A stretch of 64,000 bases of DNA from a virus (taxonomy: Duplodnaviria; Caudoviricetes): the IMG/VR virus record IMGVR_UViG_2884152688_000003, positions 1 to 64,000 of that record. One strand, given 5' to 3'. The position numbers and the translations under genes were made by a program. Shown piece by piece: positions 29,756 through 39,318 of the stretch. The notes beneath the pieces are model-generated. The model saw nothing but the letters and a program-made list of their open reading frames with translations, made no database searches and had not been told where the DNA came from. Positions within the stretch are counted from its first letter, which is position 1. Each line of letters opens with the position of its first letter.

Positions 29756-31076
29756 ATTTCTTATATATTTTTTCATACCACTTCATCATATCTGTTACAT
29801 TAAACTTCAATGGCAATCTAGGATTATCTTCTTTTAAACTCTTTGAATCCCAAGGGATACCAGTATCTTGTTCAATTACATACATTCTATATAATATACC
29901 ACTTCTTTTTAAATCGGTTCTGGTTACAGCGTTATCAACTCCAAATAGAATTTCATTAGCTTCTCTAAGCATGAACCTTGCTTTTTCAAAAGAAATAGGA
30001 TCGAACCCATCATTGTTATTTCTAAGTCTTCTAGCCTTTATTATATATTCAGATTCCATATTGTAGTCCATGAATACTTCTACAGGATTCATCCTTATAG
30101 GATCATCTCTAAATACTGTTTTTCCTCTAGTTTCATTACATTTTTTTGCTAATTCTATGAAATATTCATCTATTTCTATCTGGAAATTATGTTCGCCATC
30201 TGTAACATTTGCCACCATATTTACTTCATCAATATCACTCATTTTTAATAGCGTTAAAGGTTTATACTGAAGTTCACCAAAGCCTAAGAATGTAGCATAC
30301 ATCAAAAATGCTTGTTGTGGATCTTCTAATTCTTCACAATATGCAACTATTTCATCTCTTGAAGCATATTTCCTTGGCTCAATGAAGTTGACAAAGTATT
30401 CTGTTTTCACATTAAAGTCGACACCTAATAACAAGAATAATCTATTGTAACTTCTAACTTTTGTTGCCGCAAAGCCAACAGAGGATACTTTTAAATCTGT
30501 AAAATATTTTAGAAAATCTGAATTACTCAAGTTAAGAAAAATATTTTCATGATTTGATTCCACATCAAAACTATCACCTTTAAAATATCTAATGAAATGA
30601 TTATAAACAGCCGTAATTTCGTTAAACGTTGGAATCGTATCATGTTTTAATTCTTCTTGAACAAATTGCAAAGTTCTAAAATTATACGCTTTTTTCTCAT
30701 CAGAATTAAATGGATTCAATTCCAATAGCATTGGATTATATGCTATATTACTTTCCTCATCTTTATCATCATTTAATGCAATTACCATATTAGCTTTAAA
30801 AAATATTTGATCTGGTTTCAATGGGTTTATATCACTCCATTTATCTATGAACTCTGGATACTGCCTAGATATACTATATTGGCTGTTAAATCCATAATGT
30901 TTCCATATATCACACAGAGGAATTGATACAACTCTACCATCCTCGTAGAATACATCAATTGGCTTTGTATAAGATACAATATATCTAGTTGGAGTTTGCT
31001 CTTCATCAGCCCAATACTTGCGCATAAAGTAAGAATCAATATATCTAGTTAAATATTCTTCATATGTTTCTTTCAT
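29754..31076 (-). CDS. tyrosine-recombinase-fold protein, SPbeta MrpR/YopR-like repressor candidate
   Basis: FLG......L..LKMSDID and TRTDLKRSG resemble an integrase catalytic domain lacking canonical R and HxLR residues. Confidence 0.6.
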   Translation of the reverse strand: MKETYEEYLTRYIDSYFMRKYWADEEQTPTRYIVSYTKPIDVFYEDGRVVSIPLCDIWKHYGFNSQYSISRQYPEFIDKWSDINPLKPDQIFFKANMVIALNDDKDEESNIAYNPMLLELNPFNSDEKKAYNFRTLQFVQEELKHDTIPTFNEITAVYNHFIRYFKGDSFDVESNHENIFLNLSNSDFLKYFTDLKVSSVGFAATKVRSYNRLFLLLGVDFNVKTEYFVNFIEPRKYASRDEIVAYCEELEDPQQAFLMYATFLGFGELQYKPLTLLKMSDIDEVNMVANVTDGEHNFQIEIDEYFIELAKKCNETRGKTVFRDDPIRMNPVEVFMDYNMESEYIIKARRLRNNNDGFDPISFEKARFMLREANEILFGVDNAVTRTDLKRSGILYRMYVIEQDTGIPWDSKSLKEDNPRLPLKFNVTDMMKWYEKIYKK

Positions 31077-31598
31077 TTTATTACACCTACTTTCTATTAA
31101 AAAGCATTATCTTAACAATTTAATTATATTGTTAACAACATAATAACACTAACAAGTTGTTATGTCAATTAAAATCAACATTTTATTTATATAATTATTG
31201 CAAAAAGGCGAACATTAAGACTAATCTAATTAATTAGATATCTCAAGTCATCATATTTGACTCATATATATTAAATTAACAACCTTTAAATTGGTGTTCT
31301 AAGCAATTGTAAAACCTCTTTGATACTTATATATGGCAAAGTATCCATATACCTTAAAATCGATTTTAGAAGGTTATACAAGTTGTTTAAAGATACAGCA
31401 TAAAGAGTATATTTGAGTTTTAAGAGGTGGAAGACGTGAAGGTACTACAATATTAAATATTAATTAAAACGCCTTAAAATCGATTTTAGAAGGTCATATT
31501 TTTAGTAGCATATACAAAAAAGACTTGTAGAAAATCCACAAGCCTAGTATTAATATATTTATCATTTTTGGGGATCCTCCTTTATATATTTTTAATCT

Positions 31599-32117
31599 TT
31601 AAAAAAGGAATAATCTTTTTTTATTTTTAATTAAAACACCTTTATTAGTCGGGTAGAATCCCTTGAATGATTTTACATTGTCAATATAATATTTTTCAAA
31701 ATCTATATATCTTTTCATTTTTGGATCAGCTTTTTTATGAGTCAAATTAAACAGCAAGCGACCTGCACCACGCTTAGTAACAACGCCTTTTTTTAGTTGG
31801 TATTGACTGTATACATCGTCAAATACACCTGTTGCAATATCCCTCAAGGATATTTTACCTTTAACTAAACAGAAGGCAATTATTAAGTCAGTGTTGCCAA
31901 ATAACCTAATATCATCAACTATATTTTTTAGCAAATATAAATTAAAATTTACACCATTTAAACTAAAATCAATATATTTATATTTTGTCATCATCCTTTT
32001 TGACACTTTTACATTGTCAATTGTCCAGCCTTCTTCGATTAGATCCACGATTGAATTATAATCCTTGTCTATATTATAAAATTTATCTTTTATTTTAATT
32101 AAAAACATCTTAACCAC
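31599..32117 (-). CDS. hypothetical protein with ArdA-like C-terminal motif
   Basis: RYIDFEKY......F.PTNKGV resembles the ArdA C-terminus. Confidence 0.45.
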   Translation of the reverse strand: MVKMFLIKIKDKFYNIDKDYNSIVDLIEEGWTIDNVKVSKRMMTKYKYIDFSLNGVNFNLYLLKNIVDDIRLFGNTDLIIAFCLVKGKISLRDIATGVFDDVYSQYQLKKGVVTKRGAGRLLFNLTHKKADPKMKRYIDFEKYYIDNVKSFKGFYPTNKGVLIKNKKRLFLF

Positions 32118-32126
32118 TCCTTATTA

Positions 32127-32483
32127 TTATTTTTTACCTGATCCACCTAAAATTATACTTACTAAAAATACTATCATTGCTACAAAACCGGTAAAGAGTC
32201 CCCTGCCTACATCTGAAGCAACTTCTACAGCTTTTTCTTTGTATGCATTTTCTTGTACTTCTTCTTGTGGTGGATATTGTCCCCATGCAATTAATAATTG
32301 TCTTTCACTCATTTCTAAAAAAGTCAAATTATCATTAGCTATATAATACATCTCTTCATCTGTGTGTCCATAATCTAGAGAGTCTTGTATTATTTTTAAT
32401 TGATCCGCATTAAAATTGCCCTTGATATTGTGTTGTTTTAACCATTCTTTTGCTACCTTTGGTTTAAAATCAAAATTATACAT
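32127..32483 (-). CDS. membrane-anchored hypothetical protein
   Basis: C-terminal TM. Confidence 0.65.
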   Translation of the reverse strand: MYNFDFKPKVAKEWLKQHNIKGNFNADQLKIIQDSLDYGHTDEEMYYIANDNLTFLEMSERQLLIAWGQYPPQEEVQENAYKEKAVEVASDVGRGLFTGFVAMIVFLVSIILGGSGKK

Positions 32484-32499
32484 ATTTTTACCATCCTTT

Positions 32500-33057
32500 T
32501 TAATAAATGTAACGTATATTGTACAAGTCAGTTACTGTATTATCATTGTTTGATATTCTCAAATAATTAAATTCAGTACATTCTATTGGTGTTGTCTCAA
32601 CAAATTGTTGATATAATTCTTTTGGAGCATCTATATATATTTCCCTATCATTTTTGAATGAGTCATATATTTGAAAGTGCATATCACAATATACAATATC
32701 AACAGTTATATTATATTTTTTTATACGATCTTTTAAGATACTAGGTATTATTACTTTTTTTATCTGATGTGGTCTTACCTCATCAATGATATACTCATCA
32801 TATTTACCTTTGTTATAATCTAAGTCACTTAAATTATTTAAGGTTGCATCTGTCACATCAATCTCTAATAATACAATTCCGTATTGCGTAAATGTATTAA
32901 GTTCGGTTTTTGGATTAAACAAGTATACAACTTCTTTAGAATTTTTTGCCCGCTTATTATAATCCCAACTATCATTACCACATCTAGATATAGGCAAAAT
33001 ACCATCTTTTAGTATGCTATTCAAATCTTTTATATCAACATTTTTATACAATTTCAT
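32500..33057 (-). CDS. possible ADP-ribosyltransferase/Tpt1-fold protein
   Basis: KLYK...DLNSILKDGILP, VVYL, VLLEID, DEYI pattern. Confidence 0.4.
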   Translation of the reverse strand: MKLYKNVDIKDLNSILKDGILPISRCGNDSWDYNKRAKNSKEVVYLFNPKTELNTFTQYGIVLLEIDVTDATLNNLSDLDYNKGKYDEYIIDEVRPHQIKKVIIPSILKDRIKKYNITVDIVYCDMHFQIYDSFKNDREIYIDAPKELYQQFVETTPIECTEFNYLRISNNDNTVTDLYNIRYIY

Positions 33058-33075
33058 TTTCAAAACCTCCATATA

Positions 33076-33384
33076 TTATATTAAATCTTTGTATTTTTCG
33101 TTTAAATCATCAATTAAATTTAATATATCAGTCATATCAAAACCGTTGTAGCTTATTTCTTTCTTTTCTATATACTCTTTTTTCATTTCTTCAGGATAAA
33201 AATCTAGTTCCCTTTCAAAGTCTTCTATCTTTTCGTATGCATTAGCTAAATCATTCCACCAATTAAATGTATTTTCATTTTCCCAATAATAACCGTTTTC
33301 GTCTTCTTTTGCTTCTGTATATATTTCCTCATGTACTTCTACTAGCTCCAAGTTTTCTATATCTGATAAATAATATTTTTTCAT
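33076..33384 (-). CDS. highly acidic hypothetical protein
   Basis: ORF with AAGGAG RBS. Confidence 0.65.
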   Translation of the reverse strand: MKKYYLSDIENLELVEVHEEIYTEAKEDENGYYWENENTFNWWNDLANAYEKIEDFERELDFYPEEMKKEYIEKKEISYNGFDMTDILNLIDDLNEKYKDLI

Positions 33385-33470
33385 TTTTTTACACTCCTTT
33401 TTAAAATTAATTGTTAAGATTATACTTTATATTATACTATATATTTAATGATTGTTGTTTTAAAATTTAA

Positions 33471-33809
33471 CTATAATTCTTCAATTATACAATTATATTC
33501 TGTGTGAAAATCATGGTAAAAGCAATCTGATAAACTTGAAAATAAATTACTTAATTGACTGTTTAAAATTTCTATTTTTTCTATAAAATAAAGTTCATCA
33601 TCATGCAGCCTATTGATTTTAAATTCACTATATTTTAACTTATCTATAATATCTTCAGCGGTATTTATTAATTCTTTGTAAAACAAAATTTTGTCTATGT
33701 TTGGATATCTTGTATTTTCTTTCAATGCAGTTTCTAAAGTTTTTTTAATTTCTATTTCTGTATTTTCTACAAGTGTATTTAATTCTTTTAATATATTTTC
33801 TTTATTCAT
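33471..33809 (-). CDS. acidic hypothetical protein
   Basis: ORF with RBS. Confidence 0.65.
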   Translation of the reverse strand: MNKENILKELNTLVENTEIEIKKTLETALKENTRYPNIDKILFYKELINTAEDIIDKLKYSEFKINRLHDDELYFIEKIEILNSQLSNLFSSLSDCFYHDFHTEYNCIIEEL

Positions 33810-33813
33810 TTTT

Positions 33814-34161
33814 CTACTCCTTATATACTGTATAAATATCCGTATTCTGTAAATTGTCCACCTTGTTCCATATTGCTAAAAACTTATTAAAATCATATTC
33901 GCTTAATTTTTCTACCTCCTCTACAAGTTCGTCCAATGTATATATATTTTCATATTCGCTAAATCCCTCAAATATTTCAGGATGATTACAATCATAATCA
34001 GATATGAAAATTTCTTCACTATCTTCACCAATTCCAATATTATTAAATACTTCTTGTATTTCTTCTGTTGTCGCTGGTAACGTCAACCACTCACCAACTA
34101 ATTTACCATTATTGTATTCGTGCAAGTTTGTTATATATATTTTAAAATTTAAGTTTTTCAT
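33814..34161 (-). CDS. ardA: antirestriction protein ArdA (N-terminal part only)
   Basis: IYITNL..YN.G.LVGEW.TLP, EEIFISDYD, EYENI..L. Confidence 0.85.
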   Translation of the reverse strand: MKNLNFKIYITNLHEYNNGKLVGEWLTLPATTEEIQEVFNNIGIGEDSEEIFISDYDCNHPEIFEGFSEYENIYTLDELVEEVEKLSEYDFNKFLAIWNKVDNLQNTDIYTVYKE

Positions 34162-34189
34162 TGTTTATTTCCTCCTCTTATTTGATTTG

Positions 34190-34426
34190 TTAAATATTCC
34201 CAACCTTCATTATTTCACTAAAATAATATTTCTGCTTATATCTAACAACATATGAGTCGCCCTTACCGTCATAATGGACTTTGCTAGTATATTTGTTGGT
34301 GATTTTACCTCCAGAATAAAAAGCTGTTGTTACCTTTTCGCCTACATTCCCATCCTCATCATCTAAAACAACAAGGGCGTCAAAGGCTGTTAAATTATAA
34401 AATCCCACTATCTTATTTTTTTTCAT
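34190..34426 (-). CDS. hypothetical protein
   Basis: ORF with GGAGG RBS. Confidence 0.65.
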   Translation of the reverse strand: MKKNKIVGFYNLTAFDALVVLDDEDGNVGEKVTTAFYSGGKITNKYTSKVHYDGKGDSYVVRYKQKYYFSEIMKVGNI

Positions 34427-34439
34427 TTTTTTGTACCTC

Positions 34440-34706
34440 CTAATATCTATACAGCGTATTGTTTTCTATAAATTCAACGCCCATTTTTTTTAAATCATTT
34501 ATAATAAAAGATCTTTCTTCCGCGCTATGCTCATTTAAGTCTTTAAGTTCGGTTGTTTCATAATACATGCCTGTATCAGTTGGATGTATTACTTTTATTT
34601 CTTCCAATATGTTTTTAGCTATATTATTAATATTTTTCTTGTATCTTCTAAAGTCATGGATATTATTAATACCAACAACGCTTTTTGCATAATCCTGTAT
34701 TTTCAT
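34440..34706 (-). CDS. hypothetical protein
   Basis: ORF with GAGGAGG RBS. Confidence 0.65.
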   Translation of the reverse strand: MKIQDYAKSVVGINNIHDFRRYKKNINNIAKNILEEIKVIHPTDTGMYYETTELKDLNEHSAEERSFIINDLKKMGVEFIENNTLYRY

Positions 34707-34870
34707 TTTTTTGTTCCTCCTCTTATTTTATATCTGTAAATTAAATATATAGTTATTAATGATATTATAATTATGCTAAATATATTAATCGCTATATTAT
34801 CGCTTATTACTGTTATTAACGCCAATATTGTAGATATTGTTGTTAATGTTGCTGTTGTTTTATTATTCAT
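34703..34870 (-). CDS. 55-aa hydrophobic peptide
   Basis: Hand-read MNNKTTATLTTISTILALITV...YKIRGGTKK*, ATGA overlap with next gene. Confidence 0.5.
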   Translation of the reverse strand: MNNKTTATLTTISTILALITVISDNIAINIFSIIIISLITIYLIYRYKIRGGTKK

Positions 34871-34911
34871 TTTATATTGTAAATATGCGTTATTTGTGGT
34901 ATAATGGTTAC

Positions 34912-35082
34912 ATAATGTAAATATCTAGAGAGGTTTTGCAACCTCTCATCACTTAATTTAATAAGTGTAGTATCAATTTGATAATTACCGTTATCAAAGT
35001 ATTGATACTTATCAAGAGATTTATTAGTTTAACACGCTTGTACTCTTGACGTTTAGGATACCTTTTAGGTGTCCTTTTTTTA
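34912..35082 (+). ncRNA. putative antisense antitoxin RNA
   Basis: TTGTAA-17-TATAAT promoter 34877-34905 and aggatacc/ggtgtcct plus T-run terminator 35056-35082. Confidence 0.55.
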
Positions 35083-35111
35083 TGCAACTTTTTATTATTT
35101 ACACGTCGCAT
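34953..35111 (-). CDS. 52-aa basic/hydrophobic peptide, putative type I toxin
   Basis: MRRVNNKKLHKKRTPKRYPKRQEYKRVKLINLLISINTLITVIIKLILHLLN*; AAGGGG RBS; TTGACT-17-TATACT promoter 35203-35175. Confidence 0.6.
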   Translation of the reverse strand: MRRVNNKKLHKKRTPKRYPKRQEYKRVKLINLLISINTLITVIIKLILHLLN

Positions 35112-36498
35112 ATTTTCCCCCTTTCTCAATCAATTTTATATATTTTATTTCTTTGATTGCTATTTGTTAATTCAAGTATATCATTATTATTATGTTAAGT
35201 CAAGCAACTTTTTGATATATTTTTTAATTCTTTTTTTAATCCTATTTAAATATGCAACAATCGTATTTAATGTATATGTTGTAATATCAAGGATTGATGT
35301 ATTTAATTAAGTTGCTTGTTTGATTTGTTAATTACATCTTACCGCTATATTTAAACAATGTCAACAGTTATTTTAAAATAATTTTAAATATATTTTTTGC
35401 TGGTTATCGCATATAATGTAAGTAATATATGTGGTGATTGATATCTGGCTGAGTCATTGCAATACATACACAAGTTAATTAGTACTTGATAAAATTAATA
35501 GTTGTGTGGTACTATTGAAGTAGTTGGTAACTAGCTGAGTGTAACCCTTGTGTGTTAAACAAGAGGAAGAAGAGAAGGATAAAAAAAGAACGATTGAAAG
35601 AAAAAGAAAAGAAGAGAGTTGAAAAGTTAGAAAATTCTAAAAATAAAGAAAAATATAAATTTAAAGAAAATTAAAAAATGAACGATTAAACAGAATGTTG
35701 AAATATTGTTCGTGTTCTGATAATTTTATAAAAGTCAATACTTGACAAATTAAGTTAAATGTGATTTGAGTTGTTGGACTGTGGATAGGTTAAAAGTGTT
35801 AAGCATTTTCAATTTTTATATAAACTTGTATATACAAGTTGGAACAAAAAACATCATTTTATAAATTAAACTTCTAAAAAGATTTTATAAAATAAATTGT
35901 GTCGTTACGATAAAAAATTCTGAAATTTATATCATTTTTATATCGTTTTATAACTTTTTCGCAACTTCACAAAAAGGAAACGCCTATACGCTAGTGTTTT
36001 CAATGCATATAGGTTTTATTTAAACAATGATATATTATATATTTGATAATGTGGGGGGATATTTTCTACAGTTATCAGAATATTCTGAAAATTATACATA
36101 ACGTACCTCACGACTTACAACAAGAATTTTTTATAAATGTACGGATATTACCCACAAAATTGAGGTGTAAAAAATAGAGAGTACTTTTGAAGGTGATAGC
36201 CATATATTTTTTTGTAGGCATTATCCACAAATATTGAGCCTTAAATTTCAATTATTTTGAAGAAATCGTAAAAAACACCAATTATCCTATTAAAATTGTA
36301 GGTAACACCCACAAGTGAAGACGTATATAATTAAAAGAGGGAGGAAGAATTTCTATTTAACTAGTTAAAGATCTTTCCGAGACCAATGTTGTATATACAA
36401 GTAAAAAAATATTACAGGATAGAAAGTAAATAGATAATTTTGTAGATACCTTAGAATCGAAAATAAAACGTTTGCCTAGATAAGATTATTTGCACATA

Positions 36499-36527
36499 TT
36501 GACATAACAGAGTAATTATGGTATAAT
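36499..36527 (+). promoter_or_regulatory. consensus sigma-A promoter with operator-like palindrome
   Basis: TTGACA-taacagagtaattatgg-TATAAT. Confidence 0.85.
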
Positions 36528-36612
36528 ATGTATATATCGAAGTTTTTACTTTAATATATGTATCGTGAGAAATCATAATATATAAAATAATTTAATTTAG
36601 GGGGATAAAATA

Positions 36613-37713
36613 ATAGAAACAAAAGATTTAAAGAAAACAATAAAGGATAAGTTAAAAGAATTAATCAGTAAACTTGATTACAATATAAAGAGTTATAATG
36701 AGAGATTAACTTTAATAGAAGAAATACTGGGGATACAAATGAATAATGGAATAGAGTTTCCAGATGAGTTTTGGATAGATTTATTTGAACAAACAATAGA
36801 TCCCATAACCAAAACAGATAATTCAAGTATTAAACTATGCCTAGACCAAAAGGATAAGATTTACTCAAATACAAATGTAGCAATATTCTTAGAAAAGATA
36901 GCAAGTTATTTGATAAATTGTCCTGAGGTAAAGGAAGAAGAGACTTTAACTTATAAAATATATCACAGTAAGGAAATGTTTGATAAAAGTATTAAAGATG
37001 AAAAAGAAGTAAGAAAGTTATCAATGACTACAGAGGATAAATTAACTATGTCTATATTTAAGAAAGAAAGAAACTTTAAGAAAGCTAAAGATGTAGTAAT
37101 TAAACCAAGAGATATAAGACTCTGTAACCAATTAAGAGATTATGATTACTCATTAAATAAACTTAAAGATTTAAATAGAAACTCTAAGGTAATAAGAATA
37201 ATGAGTGAAATTAAGAAAGATATGCTATTAGTATATGATTCATTCTTTAGGCCTATTAGGTTTAAAAGTCCATTAAGAGATGAAGGTGAACCAGATTGGT
37301 CTAAGTTAGATATGATGGATAAAGGTACTATGAAAGAATTAATAAAGTTAAAAAGAACAGATGAAATACACAAAGATATTAACTGTATATTATTAGATGT
37401 TGAATTATTAATAAATAGAACAAACTTAAAAGATAAACATAGAGAAATATTAACATTATATAGAGAAGGTTATAGCAATAAAGAGATTGCAGATAAGCTT
37501 GATACATCAAAACAGAATATAGGTAAATATATAGATAGATGTGTAGAGAACCTTACAGACCAATACCATAGTGAATATGAAGATTGGTACTATCTTAATA
37601 TATCTAAAGGTAAATATCATAGATGTAAAGTATGTGGTGAAGTTAAGTTGGATACTAAATTTTATAAACATACTACAAGGAAGAGAAAGAATACTTGTAA
37701 AGAGTGTATCTAG
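36613..37713 (+). CDS. sigma-factor-like HTH protein with C-terminal Zn ribbon (putative late activator)
   Basis: EGYSNKEIADKL.TSKQNI; CKVC..CKEC; frame open upstream of ATG 36739 to an ATA behind a GGGGG RBS. Confidence 0.7.
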   Translation: METKDLKKTIKDKLKELISKLDYNIKSYNERLTLIEEILGIQMNNGIEFPDEFWIDLFEQTIDPITKTDNSSIKLCLDQKDKIYSNTNVAIFLEKIASYLINCPEVKEEETLTYKIYHSKEMFDKSIKDEKEVRKLSMTTEDKLTMSIFKKERNFKKAKDVVIKPRDIRLCNQLRDYDYSLNKLKDLNRNSKVIRIMSEIKKDMLLVYDSFFRPIRFKSPLRDEGEPDWSKLDMMDKGTMKELIKLKRTDEIHKDINCILLDVELLINRTNLKDKHREILTLYREGYSNKEIADKLDTSKQNIGKYIDRCVENLTDQYHSEYEDWYYLNISKGKYHRCKVCGEVKLDTKFYKHTTRKRKNTCKECI

Positions 37714-37763
37714 TATTATCTTTTATCTATCTTAATCTATTTATCTTTAATGATTTTGACCTT

Positions 37764-37924
37764 GTATTAAAAGTATTAAAAGTATTAAAAGTATTAGGAG
37801 AGCTAAAAGCAAGTAGTTCCAAAGGTTAGAGGGGTGTAAGGGCGACTTTTTGTCACATTTTGGCGACTTTTTGTCACATTTTGGCGACTTCTTATCACAT
37901 TTTGGCGACTTTTTGTCACATTTT
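37764..37924 (+). repeat. iteron replication origin: 4 x 21-bp ggcgactttttgtcacatttt plus AT-rich 9-mers
   Basis: Iterons 37841-37924; gtattaaaa x3 at 37764-37790; immediately upstream of rep. Confidence 0.9.
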
Positions 37925-37961
37925 AGATGTTATTTTACGAAAGGAGTGGTACGTATAAATA

Positions 37962-38600
37962 TTGTTAGTGAAATGTAAAAAAATATTAAATGAACAAAAT
38001 ATATCTATGTTTACTAAAGTGGAAATGAATGTATTTTTTTCATTAATTTATGTGGTTACGGAGAATCCTGAAGTTAATGAAATAGAATTAAAAGCAATTA
38101 AAAAACTATCTAGAGATAGTAAAAATGGTTATAACGATTTAAAAAAACAAATATCTTCAATAAATTCAAAGTTACAGAAAATGACATTCGTAGGGGAAGA
38201 TGGAAAAAAAACTCCGTTTCTATTATTTGAGACTTTACATGTATCCGACAAAGTTTTAGAAGTAAAAATATCCAAGCAGTTTGAGTATTTATTTATTGAT
38301 TTGTTCAATGAAAAAAAATCTATAGCCATATTTGATCTTGAAGAACTTACTATGATAGAAAGTAAATACAGCAAAACTTTATATAGAAAATTAAGTTGTT
38401 TTAAGAGAAGTAAGTGGTTCAAGAAAGAGTTTGATGAATTGGTGACAGAATTAGGATTTAACTCTAAATACAAAAAAAAAGATATAAAGGTAAAATTAAA
38501 AGATGCCATCAAAAAGTTAGATGTATATTTTAGAGATATTTCTATTAGTTATGAGAAAAAAACAATAAGTGGGGAAAATTGTGTAATTAAATGGAAATAA
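37962..38600 (+). CDS. repB: Rep_3 (RepB) family replication initiator
   Basis: FT.VEMNVFFSLI, F.LEEL...ESKYSKTLYR.L; adjacent iterons. Confidence 0.8.
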   Translation: MLVKCKKILNEQNISMFTKVEMNVFFSLIYVVTENPEVNEIELKAIKKLSRDSKNGYNDLKKQISSINSKLQKMTFVGEDGKKTPFLLFETLHVSDKVLEVKISKQFEYLFIDLFNEKKSIAIFDLEELTMIESKYSKTLYRKLSCFKRSKWFKKEFDELVTELGFNSKYKKKDIKVKLKDAIKKLDVYFRDISISYEKKTISGENCVIKWK

Positions 38601-38690
38601 CTGAATATTTTATACAATTGGGAAAAAAGAGGTTTACTTTTCCGGTAGTTAGCATATATATATATAGAGGGGGTAATTAAGTAAATTAAA

Positions 38691-39074
38691 ATGGAAGAAA
38701 ATAAGAGATTATCAAACACAATGTTGACTCTTTACTTAACAGAATTGTTACAAAGAGAATACAATTTAAAATTCAGCGAAAGACAAATGAAAAAAATTCT
38801 GGATGGAATGGAATATGGGATAAAAACTTTAATAGAAGATGGCTATAGTTTTAAGTTATTAGATACCAATTATGAACCATATGTCAAGAAACCAGTTATC
38901 TATAAAGAAATAAGAAGTGGTGAAATTAAAAAGAGTGATGCTCGATTTGACGTTAGAACTTATATGTCTAGAAGTTATAGAAAAGAATTGGGAAAGAAAA
39001 CAAAGCACAAAACCAATGAAGAACCTAGGGTCATAGGCTTATATGAATCTGAAGTTCCGAAAAATTTGAAATAA
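38691..39074 (+). CDS. HU/IHF-like DNA-binding protein (divergent)
   Basis: Helical N-terminus then beta-arm ...IRSGE; position like SPbeta yonN. Confidence 0.5.
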   Translation: MEENKRLSNTMLTLYLTELLQREYNLKFSERQMKKILDGMEYGIKTLIEDGYSFKLLDTNYEPYVKKPVIYKEIRSGEIKKSDARFDVRTYMSRSYRKELGKKTKHKTNEEPRVIGLYESEVPKNLK

Positions 39075-39097
39075 ATAAATATATTTATAAAAAGATA

Positions 39098-39126
39098 TTG
39101 ACATAACAATTAGCTTATGTTATAAT
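39098..39126 (+). promoter_or_regulatory. consensus sigma-A promoter with ACATAA-N8-TTATGT palindrome
   Basis: TTGACA-taacaattagcttatgt-TATAAT. Confidence 0.85.
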
Positions 39127-39318
39127 ATGATTATGTCAAAGAAAGACTTAGCAAACTAGCTAAAAATATAAAGGTGTATTCGCACAGGATTTACTTTTTT
39201 TATTTTTTAACTAATTTGGCAGAAGTCGCCTATCCTCTATAGGTGGATGATGAATGCCTTGTTTTTTTTATTCAAAAAATGTTATAATCAGTCTATATTA
39301 GAAAAGAGTTGATATAAC

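Noticed and set aside
35823-35840. Protelomerase (telRL) site
   Set aside because: Palindrome is only 18 bp and no protelomerase was recognised in the window
37841-37924. Possible CRISPR array
   Set aside because: Repeats are contiguous with no spacers and sit before a rep gene: iterons
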